DNA of 64,000 bases, taken from positions 672,001-736,000 of the forward strand of contig JAXHNB010000006.1 in NCBI GenBank assembly GCA_034520945.1. Direction: 5' to 3'. The stretch is from Trueperaceae bacterium. Lineage in GTDB: Bacteria; Deinococcota; Deinococci; Deinococcales; Trueperaceae. The position numbers and the translations under genes are program-made. Of this stretch, positions 31,546 through 40,607 are shown one piece after another. The notes beneath the pieces are model-generated. The model was not told the origin of the DNA. It worked only from the letters and a program-made list of their open reading frames with translations, and made no database searches. Within the stretch, counting starts at the first letter, position 1; every line of letters starts with the position of its first letter.

Positions 31546-32345
31546 GCCGGCCGTTGTTCGTACAGACGCTGCGCGACCTCGGCCTGCGGACGCTCGTGCT
31601 GGCGGGGGTCACCTTCGCGTGGGGCTGGCTGATGGTATTCATGTTCACCACCTTCTCGCCGGCCATGAGGCAGCTGGTGCAGGGCAACCCCATGTTCGAG
31701 CGCTTCAGCGAGTTCGCCTCCGGCAACTTCTTCACCCTGCCCGGCGCCATCACGCTGGGCTTCCAACACCCGCTGCTGATCGCGATGATCGCGGTGGTGG
31801 CGGCCGGCGCCAGCGCGGTCGCCATCGCCGGCGAGCGTGAGGCAGGCACCCTGGAGCTGCTGCTGGCGCGGCCGATCTCGCGCCGGCGCCTGTACGTGTC
31901 CGTCCTGCTGGCGCAGCTGCTGGTGGTGGCGCTGTTGCTGCTCACCACCCTGGCCGGCATGATCACCGGCACCTTCGTGCACGGCCTGAGCGGCGAGGTG
32001 GCGTTGGCGCGCATGCCCTGGGTGTTCGCGAATGGGCTCTTGCTATGGGCGTCGTTCACGGCGTTCGGGTTGGCCGCGTCCGTCAGTTTCGACCGGTCCG
32101 GACCCGCCCTGAGCCTGAGCCTCGGCTGGTTGTTCCTGCACTACTTCCTGGAGGTGCTCGGCTCGTTGTGGGCGGACGCGCGTTGGACGCAGGACGTCTC
32201 GCTCATCCACCGCTTCCGCGCCAACGATCTGCTGACCGGCGATGCGACTGTCCTGGACTTCGTCGTTCCTGGCGCGACCTTCCTGGTGTTGGTGGCGTAC
32301 GCGCTGGTGGTGTTCCCGCGGCGGGACCTGGCGGCGCCCAGTTGA
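31542..32345 (+). CDS. ABC-2 type permease
   Basis: IAGEREAGTLELLLARPISR, six TM helices, and C-terminal FPRRDL. Confidence 0.92.
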   Translation: MSRPLFVQTLRDLGLRTLVLAGVTFAWGWLMVFMFTTFSPAMRQLVQGNPMFERFSEFASGNFFTLPGAITLGFQHPLLIAMIAVVAAGASAVAIAGEREAGTLELLLARPISRRRLYVSVLLAQLLVVALLLLTTLAGMITGTFVHGLSGEVALARMPWVFANGLLLWASFTAFGLAASVSFDRSGPALSLSLGWLFLHYFLEVLGSLWADARWTQDVSLIHRFRANDLLTGDATVLDFVVPGATFLVLVAYALVVFPRRDLAAPS

Positions 32346-32540
32346 GGGCGCAGGTCGGTGGGCGCCGCCCCACCTGTCGCGTTGCGATTCAGGACGCTCG
32401 TACGAGGTCGTCCAGCTTCACCACCCCGCCGTCGAGCGTGACCCATTCGAACGTCATCAGGCGGTCAGGGCGGTGACGGTGGGGGACCGGTGTCGATGGA
32501 GGGCCGGCGGGCGTGGCGGTGACAAACGAAGCCTATGCCG

Positions 32541-33017
32541 TCATGTCGTGTGTTCAACCTTGCCGGACAGACCGTACGCGCATGGTTCGAGCCCGGCCAC
32601 GCGCTCCATGCGCACCATCAACGTCGAGGAGGGCGCCACCCGCCCGTTCAGGTAGGTGGACAGGCGCGAGGACGACGTTCCGACGCGTTCGGCGAATGCA
32701 CGCCGGGATAGGCCCGACGCCACCAGCAGGGCGCGTACGCGGCGGGCGACCTCGGCCCGTTCGTCCGCTTCGGCCTCCGCCCGCGCCCGTGCCAAGGCCG
32801 TTGCCATCAGTTCGCTGACGCCGTAGGGATGGGTGGCGCGCAACGCGTCCTCGAGGCGCCGGGCCACGGGCCCCCACGGGTCGCGGCGCACCGCCGCGGC
32901 GACGCGACGCCAGTCCGAAAGCCCGCCGCGTTCCAAGGCGGCAATGACGGCCTCGGTCGGCCAGGTGTCCACCGGGTCGGACGGGCGTGCGTCCACATTG
33001 CGGAACCGCAGCGTCAT
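32541..33017 (-). CDS. XRE-family HTH protein (putative antitoxin)
   Basis: ALERGGLSDWRR and SGLSRRAFAERVGTSSSRLSTYLNGRVAPS. Confidence 0.85.
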   Translation of the reverse strand: MTLRFRNVDARPSDPVDTWPTEAVIAALERGGLSDWRRVAAAVRRDPWGPVARRLEDALRATHPYGVSELMATALARARAEAEADERAEVARRVRALLVASGLSRRAFAERVGTSSSRLSTYLNGRVAPSSTLMVRMERVAGLEPCAYGLSGKVEHTT

Positions 33018-33709
33018 AACGTGTCGTCCTCCGCCAGGAGCATGGTCTGCGCCAGCTGCTGGCACTGCGCGACCACGTTGCTCCAGGTCTGCCATCGCGG
33101 TACGAGGTGCTTGTAGCGCTCCAGCTCCATGGGGGTCCTGGAATCGGCCGGTCGCGGGTCCGCGAGTTGGCGTGTCACCTGCGACGAGACGCCGTCCCCG
33201 TCCTCGTGCTGGTCCGTGTAGTAGGCGTCCAGCCGGATCAGTGCGCGTGCCGCCTCGAGCGTGCCCATGCGGTCGCTGAGAGCGGCAACGTCGATGAAGT
33301 CTCGGGTCTGATTCCTACGCACCAGCAGGTAGGCCTTGACGCGCAGCGTTTCGGCCAAGGTGGGCACGCGCACGGTGTTGCCCGAGGGAAGCGCCAGCTC
33401 GACCGTTTCCAGGGGGCGACGGCGACGCATCTGGCGGACGCCGGCCTCGATGTCCCCAAGTCGCCCCAGGATGATCTTGCTGGGTACGACACGGTTCGTG
33501 ACCCACCCCTCCGTGTGTTCGATGGCCTCCAACACCATGTCGAAACGCTCCTTCAGGTCGGCCAGGACGTGGTCATGATCGAACGAGTCCCGGTGACCGG
33601 CGTGCACGGCAGCCGCGGTACCACCGACCAGGACGGCGTCGGGCACCACCTGCTGGAGGCGAGCCGCCGATTCGAGGACCTCGGCGAGTGAAGGTTCGTC
33701 CTCGGGCAC
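33014..33709 (-). CDS. AbiEii-like nucleotidyltransferase (putative toxin)
   Basis: LVGGTAAAVHAGHRDSFDHD and K...RNQTRDFIDV. Confidence 0.75.
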   Translation of the reverse strand: MPEDEPSLAEVLESAARLQQVVPDAVLVGGTAAAVHAGHRDSFDHDHVLADLKERFDMVLEAIEHTEGWVTNRVVPSKIILGRLGDIEAGVRQMRRRRPLETVELALPSGNTVRVPTLAETLRVKAYLLVRRNQTRDFIDVAALSDRMGTLEAARALIRLDAYYTDQHEDGDGVSSQVTRQLADPRPADSRTPMELERYKHLVPRWQTWSNVVAQCQQLAQTMLLAEDDTL

Positions 33710-33853
33710 GGAATGAGGTTATCATAAGTGATACATGGCCGCGTAGGCATGCGCGCGACGGCCTTCGAGTCCGCTCGATCCCTCCGCGCTGCTCCGGTCC
33801 TGGGCAGCGCCGAACGACATCTCGCGTGCCGGGAGTGCATGCATGATGCAGGC

Positions 33854-34090
33854 ATGCCCAAATCGATCACCATCCGTGATGTGCCCGACGACGTCAGCGA
33901 GGAACTCGCGGCGCGTGCTTCGCGATCGGGAACGTCGCTGCAGGCGTATCTTCGCGCTGAACTGATCGCGACGGCGCGTCGGCAGGAGCTCGATGTGGTG
34001 TTGGGCCGTGCCCGGGAGCGCGTGGAGCGGATGGGCAGCTCCCTACCTCGTGACACGATCCTGGGTCACATCGAGAAGGATCGGCGCTGA
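33854..34090 (+). CDS. FitA-like RHH antitoxin
   Basis: MPKSITIRDVPDDVSEELAARASRSGTSLQAYLR. TGCATGCA palindrome upstream. Confidence 0.9.
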   Translation: MPKSITIRDVPDDVSEELAARASRSGTSLQAYLRAELIATARRQELDVVLGRARERVERMGSSLPRDTILGHIEKDRR

Positions 34091-34485
34091 GACGCGTAGT
34101 CGACGCCTCTGTGACAGTTGCTGCGCTGGTGGACAGCGGTAGCGACGGATCCTGGGCTGCTGAATCGCTCGCGGAGAGCGCGTTGATTGCGCCGCACCTC
34201 ATGCCCGTCGAAGTTGCGAACGTATTGCGCCGGGCGCTTCGACGCGGTGAACTCGATTCGGCTTCGGCTGCCGACGCGTACCAGGACTTGTTGACCCTTC
34301 CCGTCGCATTGCTGGCGTTCGGGCCGTTCGCCGAGCGCGTTTGGACGTTGAGGTCGACGCTCAGCGCATACGACGCCTGGTACGTCGCGATGGCTGAAGC
34401 ATTGAACGTCGAGCTGCTCACCTTGGACGAGCGCATCCGGAGGGCCCCAGGTGTCCGCTGTGACGTGCTTAGCCCGGGGCATTGA
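34087..34485 (+). CDS. vapC: VapC PIN-domain toxin (apparent CTG start overlapping the antitoxin stop)
   Basis: VVDAS, APHLMPVEVANVLR, LSAYDAWYVAMAE and LLTLDER. Confidence 0.88.
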   Translation: MRRVVDASVTVAALVDSGSDGSWAAESLAESALIAPHLMPVEVANVLRRALRRGELDSASAADAYQDLLTLPVALLAFGPFAERVWTLRSTLSAYDAWYVAMAEALNVELLTLDERIRRAPGVRCDVLSPGH

Positions 34486-34554
34486 ACGCGATACCGTGCC
34501 GCGTTCGGATCTGGACGTGGGCGCAATGGCCCACGCTGCCCAGCGTTCGCCCCG

Positions 34555-35037
34555 TCAGCCCTCCGCCGCGCGAATGGGCCAAGCCACGTCGCACGCGGGA
34601 TCGTCGGGGTTCGCGGCGCTCCAGTCGGTGACGTACACCTCGCGCGGGGCGCCGCTGGAGGTCGCGCCGGTGCGCGTCAGGTACTCCTCCAGCGCCTGGT
34701 ACGCCTCGAGGATGCCGGGGTAGGCCACCTGCGCCTTGGTGAGGCGAACGTACGCCTCTTGCGCGGCGGGTTCGACCCGTACTCGGACGTCGTCTTCGCC
34801 CTCGAGCGTCCCGTCGATCGGCACGCACACCTCGACGGGCCCGTCGGCCTCGGCGTCTACCGGTCCGTAGTACGCCACGAACGGTGCGCCGGCCGGGGAT
34901 AGGCCCGCGACGCTCAGGACGTCCAACAGCCGGTGCAGGTGGGTTTGGATGAAGTCGGGCAGCGCTTCGGCGGTGGTGTGCCCCTCGATCGTGGCGACCG
35001 TGCGTTCCGGGACGTGGCGGGTGTGAACTTCGTTCAT
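34555..35037 (-). CDS. GyrI-like small-molecule-binding protein
   Basis: GAPFVAYYG, VEVCVP, PREVY and CDVAWP. Confidence 0.85.
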   Translation of the reverse strand: MNEVHTRHVPERTVATIEGHTTAEALPDFIQTHLHRLLDVLSVAGLSPAGAPFVAYYGPVDAEADGPVEVCVPIDGTLEGEDDVRVRVEPAAQEAYVRLTKAQVAYPGILEAYQALEEYLTRTGATSSGAPREVYVTDWSAANPDDPACDVAWPIRAAEG

Positions 35038-35062
35038 GTCGTGAGCATGCCATGCGTGGGCG

Positions 35063-35350
35063 GTGACCCCCGTGTGCAGGGTCGAGGGTCGCGACGTGGA
35101 TCCGCTGGACCTCGCCGCCGCGCTCACGGCAGCGTCGGGCCGCGAGGTCCAGGTGCTGATACTCGGGGACGACGTCGGCGTGCCGTTGCTCGAAGAGCTC
35201 GTTCGGGACGGAACCGTGCTCGTGGAGGGCGTGCCGGGTGCGGCGGCGTCGTGGCGCACGCGCGCCCTGGTGACGCTGGAGACCGATCGCCCTTGGTACG
35301 GGCGCATGCGCGATGCATACCTCAGGCGCCTGGCGGAACGGGGCACGTGA
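35063..35350 (+). pseudogene. 5'-truncated MntA-like minimal nucleotidyltransferase antitoxin
   Basis: LAAALTAASGREVQVLIL...VPLLEELVRDG. The N-terminal GS...DxD motif is absent. Confidence 0.6.
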
Positions 35351-35466
35351 TGGTCAACCGGGACTTGGTGGCGGCCAAGCTATCGGAAGCGAAGGTGCAT
35401 GTCGACCGGGTTCGGGCACATCTTCCGCCCAGCGCCGAGGAGCTTCGCCGTGACCGCGACGCACTC
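35350..35466 (+). pseudogene. 3'-truncated HepT/DUF86-like toxin
   Basis: MVNRDLVAAKLSEAKVHVDRVRAHLPPSAEELRRDRDAL, after which similarity is lost before any RxxxxH motif. Confidence 0.6.
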
Positions 35467-35532
35467 GTCGCCGCGTCGAAGCCGCAGGCGTCCGTCATCT
35501 GCCGCGCGACCGAACGAACGCTGCGCACGCGG

Positions 35533-38500
35533 TCACGCCACGTCGGGCGGGTCGTCCGGGGCGGCATCTTGGCCGACCCACGCGACGGCGTCCAGCACGC
35601 TACTCCGAGTACCCTCCTGCCACGCTGCCCTGAATCGGGCCGGGGCGAGCTGCGACCGCGTGGCCTCCACGTCACGGGTGTGGACCTCGCCCTCCTCGCC
35701 GGTACGGACCAGGCCGTACCGCTCCAGGACGGCCGTTTCGACGCCCCACAGCCGCGCTGCGACCTCGGGGCGTTCCTCCAAGGTGGCCAAGCTGGCCAGC
35801 GCCCACAACGAATCGACGGTGCGCCCCTCCTCGCCGAGGGCCACCCAGCGTTGGACCGTTTCCAGGAATGCGCGCCTTGCCTCGTCCAGCTTGCCGCGCT
35901 TGCGGGCCACCAGCCCCAGGTCGAAGGTAACGTCGGCCACCCCGCGGGCATCCCCCATGTCGAGGTACATCTGCAGCGCCTCGTGGTAGCTTCGCTCCGC
36001 GCCAAGCAAGTCGTTTCGTTCCTGCATCACCCCCGCCAGCATGTGGAGGGCGGTCGCGACGCCCCACCTGTCGCCGATCTCGCCGTCTCGTTCCAACGCC
36101 TGCTCCATGTGGCTCCGGGCGGCGTCCAGATCGCCCAACTGCCACGCTACGAGCCCCAGGTTGTGGTGGCTGGTGGCGATGCTCGTCGCTGCCTCGTCTC
36201 GGTGCCCGCTGTCGAGGACACGCCCGTAGTGCGCCCGTGCCTCGTCGAAGTCGCCACGCAGGCGCGCGACCTCGCCCAGGCCCGTGAGCGCCCCACGCTC
36301 CCCGTTGATGTCGCCTCGTTGGCGTGCCCGTGAAAGGGTTTCGCTGAAGTACGCCTCGGCCTCGTCCAAGCGGCGCTGCTCGATGGCGACGTTGCCGAGC
36401 GTCTGGACGGCACGCAGCTCGGCCTCGTCGTCGCTGACGGAAGCCGCGGCGGCGCGGGCCGCCTGCAGGTCATCGCGGGCCGCCTCGTGATCGCCGAGGC
36501 GATAGGCCATGGCGCCCGCCACGTGCAGTGCTCGCGACCGCCCATGCTCCGCGCGACCGTCCGCGGAAGCAAGCCCCGCCAGGGCTTGGGTGCGGCCCTC
36601 CGCGAAGCGGCCGCTGAAGCGCCAGCGATGCCACTGTGCGTCCACCAGGTCGAGGGCGAGCTGCGGGTCGTGTTCCCGGCCGTACGCTCCCGCTGCGGTG
36701 AGGTTGGCCGCCTCGAGGTCGAACCACCTCTGCGCCTCGTGCTGACGGGGCCCGTAGTACGCCGCGCTCCACGCGCGGGCACGATTCAGGAAATGCGCCG
36801 CGTGGCGCGCGGCCAACGCCGCGGCGAGGTCCTCCTCTTCTTCGAGTCGCTCGACGGCGTAGGTCCGTACCAGCGGGTGTACGGCGAAGCGCCCATCGTC
36901 CCACCTCGAAATGAGCGAGGCGCCGATCAGTGCCTCCAACGTGTCCGCGTCAGCGCCGGCGACGTCATGGGCCGAAGCCGCGTCGAAGCCGCCGTGGAAC
37001 ACCGCCAGCCGACGCAAGGCCTCGCGCTGCGTCTCCGACAACCGTGTCCAGGAGGCGTCGAAGCTGGCCCGCAGGGTGAGGTGCCGCTCAGGCCGGTTTC
37101 GCGACGTGGCGGCGAGCGCATCCATCGACGCCTTCAGCGATGCCTCCGCGTCGACGGCCGAGCCGTCCCGCAACAGGAACGCTGCCAGCTCGATGCCCAA
37201 GGGCACGCCGTCCACCAACCGGCACATCCTGGCGATCGCTTTGCGCTCTAGCGCGTCCGGCGCGTAATCCAGGCGCACACGCTTGGCGCGGTCCAGGAAC
37301 AGGTGGACCGCATCACCGTCGGTGTCCGGCTTCGAATCGTCTTGGGGCACCGGCAGGCCCTCAAGCGGGAACACCGACTCCTCCTCCAGGTCCAGGCGGA
37401 CGCGCGAGGTCGCCACGATCCGGGCGGCCGGGCAGCACGCCAGGAGGCGTGCCAGGGTGGGGGCGTCCTCCACCAGGTCGTCGACGTTGTCGAGAACCCA
37501 CAGGACGCGTCGCTGGCCCACCGTGCGAGCAAGGGCGTCCTCGTCCGTTTCGTGTGGCGCGGGAACGACCCCCATGGCGTTGGCCACGGCGGCCGCTACG
37601 GCGGCGCCGTCGCTCACGTCCTCCAGCGAGACGAAGTGCACCCCGGCCTCGAAGGTGCCGCGACTGGCCACGTCGTGTGCGAGGGCCAGGGCGAGGCGGG
37701 TCTTGCCGACCCCTCCGAGGCCAAGCAGCGTGAGAAGGGGATGGTCGTCGCGCGCCAAGATGCGGCCCAGTTCCAGTCGTTCCACGTCGCGCCCCACGAA
37801 CGAGGTGGGTGCGCGCGGCAGGATCACCGGAGTCCGCGCGGCCCGTAGCGACGCCCGTGCGCGGGCGCGGCCGGGTACCAACTCCAAGCCGAACTCGGCG
37901 GCCTCGTCGCGCACGCTTCGGGCCTCGTCGGAATCGCCGGCCACGAGCACGGCGTGCAGGCGCTCCAGCAGCTCGGGCGGGGCCGGCGGTGCCCCGGCGA
38001 TCCGGCGGGCGCGTTCGGCCAGGCCAACACCGTTGCGGTAGCGGCCAGCTGCTGCCTCACCTTCGGCCCCGTCGACCACCAGCGTGCGAATCCGCCCGGC
38101 CAACCCTTCGCGGCGTTGCAAGATCCAGGACTCCAGCTCGGTGCCCAGTGGGGGAAGGCCGCTCCCGTCGAGGAATGCACCTTCGTAGCGCGCCAGGACC
38201 TCCTCGTGGTCGCATCGCGCCAAGGCTTCCTCCACGAGCGCCACGTCCGTTTGCAGCCGACTCCGAAGGGTAGCGCCTTCGGCATGGACGGCGTCCGGTG
38301 CGGCAGCCCGCACGCGGCGGAGGGTCACCGCGAGGCGATTGAGGGGGTTCGTCGCGTCGGGCCAGAACAGCCGAGACAGGCGCTCGCGCGGTTGCGGTCC
38401 CTCGAGCGCCAGGTACGACAGAAGCAGGAGAGGCTTGTAGCGACGGAAGTCGCTGCCTTCCAGCGCCAGGTCGCCGAGCATTCGAAGGATCACACGTTGA

Positions 38501-38571
38501 AGGGTACCAAGCATGCGCCCCAGAACGCGCGCCTGGCGGGATCCAACGTCTTTGCCGCTTCCGTTGGACAT
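35533..38571 (-). CDS. SARP/AfsR-type regulator: wHTH/BTAD-like N-terminus, P-loop ATPase (NB-ARC-like), TPR C-terminus
   Basis: LLSYLALEGPQPRERLSRLFW, FVGRDVE, GLGGVGKTRLA, LDNVD, DGVPLGIELAA and TPR repeats. Start uncertain. Confidence 0.9.
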   Translation of the reverse strand: MSNGSGKDVGSRQARVLGRMLGTLQRVILRMLGDLALEGSDFRRYKPLLLLSYLALEGPQPRERLSRLFWPDATNPLNRLAVTLRRVRAAAPDAVHAEGATLRSRLQTDVALVEEALARCDHEEVLARYEGAFLDGSGLPPLGTELESWILQRREGLAGRIRTLVVDGAEGEAAAGRYRNGVGLAERARRIAGAPPAPPELLERLHAVLVAGDSDEARSVRDEAAEFGLELVPGRARARASLRAARTPVILPRAPTSFVGRDVERLELGRILARDDHPLLTLLGLGGVGKTRLALALAHDVASRGTFEAGVHFVSLEDVSDGAAVAAAVANAMGVVPAPHETDEDALARTVGQRRVLWVLDNVDDLVEDAPTLARLLACCPAARIVATSRVRLDLEEESVFPLEGLPVPQDDSKPDTDGDAVHLFLDRAKRVRLDYAPDALERKAIARMCRLVDGVPLGIELAAFLLRDGSAVDAEASLKASMDALAATSRNRPERHLTLRASFDASWTRLSETQREALRRLAVFHGGFDAASAHDVAGADADTLEALIGASLISRWDDGRFAVHPLVRTYAVERLEEEEDLAAALAARHAAHFLNRARAWSAAYYGPRQHEAQRWFDLEAANLTAAGAYGREHDPQLALDLVDAQWHRWRFSGRFAEGRTQALAGLASADGRAEHGRSRALHVAGAMAYRLGDHEAARDDLQAARAAAASVSDDEAELRAVQTLGNVAIEQRRLDEAEAYFSETLSRARQRGDINGERGALTGLGEVARLRGDFDEARAHYGRVLDSGHRDEAATSIATSHHNLGLVAWQLGDLDAARSHMEQALERDGEIGDRWGVATALHMLAGVMQERNDLLGAERSYHEALQMYLDMGDARGVADVTFDLGLVARKRGKLDEARRAFLETVQRWVALGEEGRTVDSLWALASLATLEERPEVAARLWGVETAVLERYGLVRTGEEGEVHTRDVEATRSQLAPARFRAAWQEGTRSSVLDAVAWVGQDAAPDDPPDVA

Positions 38572-38673
38572 GCAGCGGACACGGTTCGATTGTCAGTGTG
38601 GCCGGAAGGCGTGAGGTTCGATCGTGGCACATGGCTTCGATCGTCTCCGCGTGCCAGCCTCGGAGGTTCCCCG

Positions 38674-39471
38674 ATGACCCAGACACCCACACCGCCCCGT
38701 TCGGCCGAGCGGGACACAGTCGCAACGCACCCCTCACCCCGGCAGCGGGGCGTGCTGATTCGAGGCGCCGCGATCACGGTCCTCTGCATCGCCCTGGCCG
38801 CCTGCAGCGACGTCGCCTCGCAACGGGGCGGGCTCACCGTCGAGGTGACCGGACTGCCTTCGGAGGCGGTGGCTGACGTCACCGTGCACGGAGCGTCGGG
38901 GGATCCCCTTCCCGTCGCCGGGTCGGGCCTCGTGGCGAACGCCGCGGAGGGTACCTACACCGTACGCGCTGCGCCCGTTCATGTCGACGACGTCACCTAT
39001 CACGCCGAGCCTGCTGAACAGCGCGTGAGGGTCGAGGACGGCGATCGCACCACGGCGCGCATCAGCTACGCTCCTTCGAGTGCCGTGGAACCTTCGGAGC
39101 GTGACGACACCGACATGAACGCGGCCGGGGTGACGCGCGGCGAGATGCTGCAGGGCGTGCTGTGGACCGACCGCGACGGCGATGGGCGCTTCGGGCGCGG
39201 CGACACCGTCGCTCCGGACGCGAGGGTCTACCTCGACCTCGACGGCAACGAACGCCGCGACGAGGGCGAGCCGAGCGTCCGCACCGACGGAGCGGGACAG
39301 TACCGCTTCGAGGATCTGACGCCGGGCACGAACTTCGTCGTACGGCACCAGGCCGCGGACGACGAGGACGGTGGGTTGGGGTCGGCCGCGGCCGATCGCG
39401 CCAGTGGTGGCGGTGCGACGCACCACGTGTGGTTCGGCGCGGCCCTCCCGGCTGCAGGGGACGCGCGATGA
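38674..39471 (+). CDS. Lipoprotein with SdrD-B/Cna-like domain
   Basis: Lipobox LAAC, GVLWTDRDGDG, VYLDLDGNERRDEGEP and RTDGAGQYRFEDL. Confidence 0.8.
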   Translation: MTQTPTPPRSAERDTVATHPSPRQRGVLIRGAAITVLCIALAACSDVASQRGGLTVEVTGLPSEAVADVTVHGASGDPLPVAGSGLVANAAEGTYTVRAAPVHVDDVTYHAEPAEQRVRVEDGDRTTARISYAPSSAVEPSERDDTDMNAAGVTRGEMLQGVLWTDRDGDGRFGRGDTVAPDARVYLDLDGNERRDEGEPSVRTDGAGQYRFEDLTPGTNFVVRHQAADDEDGGLGSAAADRASGGGATHHVWFGAALPAAGDAR

Positions 39472-40607
39472 GCGCGGCTCGCCTCCTGGCACCCTTCGGG
39501 CTGCTCCTCGTCCTTGTCCTTGGTGCCTGCGCGCAGGACGGCGCGACCCGAGGTATGCGCGTGCAGGCCGAACCCGGCCCCGGCCACGTGACCGTCACCT
39601 GGCAGGGCGTGCCCCAGGACCACACCGAGATCGACGTCGCCCGCGTGGCACTCTCCGACCAAGGCGCCCCACTCGAGGCACCACGCGTCGTCGCCGAACT
39701 CGATGCCGGCGCCGTTTCCTACCGCGATGAGGACGTCGAACCCGAGCGCAGCTACGCCTACACCGTCACGGCGCACTTGGAAGACGGCACCACGCGAACC
39801 GCGCGGCAGGAGGGGGCGACCCGCGCCATCGAGCCGCTGGTCGTCGTCCGCGCCGAGGCCGTGGCAGGAGATCACGTCATGGTCGTTCTGAACAAGCCCG
39901 TCGAGGCGCAGGACGCACTGACGCTGGGGAACTACGCCCTCGAGCCGGAGGTGGAGATCGTGGACGCCACGCTCAGCGAGCACGGCACCGAGGTCGACCT
40001 GAAGACCGCACCCTTGGAAGAGACCGAGTACACGCTCACCGTCCGCGACCTACGCGACGCAGAGGGGTACGAGCTGCTGCCGGGGCACGGCGAGGCAACG
40101 TTCACGGGGAAGCGCCTCGACAGCGACAGGGACGGACTCCATGACGAACAAGAGGGCGCCGGTTGGACCGTGGCGGTGACCTTGCTGGGGGGTGCCGTCC
40201 GGACGTGGACCGTGACCAGCGATCCCCATGTCACCGACAGTGATGACGACGGCTTGGCCGACGCAGAGGAGCGCGCGTCGAAGAGCGACCCCAAGCGCAG
40301 CGATACGGACGGAGACGGGATTTCCGACGGCGACGAGGTGAACCGCTACGGTACCGTGCCTTCGAAGGTCGACAGCGACGACGACGGCGTCACGGACGGG
40401 CTCGAGTTGTTCACGTACGGCACCGATCCGATGGATCCCGATTCCGACGGGGACGGTCTGGACGACGGTGCCGAGCTCGGGTTCGGCGGCCAGGTCAAGA
40501 CGGACCCGCTGAACCCCGACACCGACGGCGACGGCGTTCCGGACGGGGACGACCCCGATCCCGCCGGGGCGGACGTGGGCTTGCGCGCTCCGGAGCGGTC
40601 GGCATGA
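39468..40607 (+). CDS. Lipoprotein: FN3-like + Ig-like + DxDxDG calcium-binding repeats
   Basis: Lipobox LGAC, YRDEDVEPERSYAYTVTA, VVLNKPV...NY and several DxDxDG(L/I/V)xDxxE repeats. Confidence 0.82.
   Translation: MSAARLLAPFGLLLVLVLGACAQDGATRGMRVQAEPGPGHVTVTWQGVPQDHTEIDVARVALSDQGAPLEAPRVVAELDAGAVSYRDEDVEPERSYAYTVTAHLEDGTTRTARQEGATRAIEPLVVVRAEAVAGDHVMVVLNKPVEAQDALTLGNYALEPEVEIVDATLSEHGTEVDLKTAPLEETEYTLTVRDLRDAEGYELLPGHGEATFTGKRLDSDRDGLHDEQEGAGWTVAVTLLGGAVRTWTVTSDPHVTDSDDDGLADAEERASKSDPKRSDTDGDGISDGDEVNRYGTVPSKVDSDDDGVTDGLELFTYGTDPMDPDSDGDGLDDGAELGFGGQVKTDPLNPDTDGDGVPDGDDPDPAGADVGLRAPERSA

Noticed and set aside
35533..38571. Avs/STAND anti-phage NTPase
   Set aside because: The N-terminus is SARP-type DNA-binding, not a nuclease, TIR or protease effector, and the divergent layout fits a transcription regulator.
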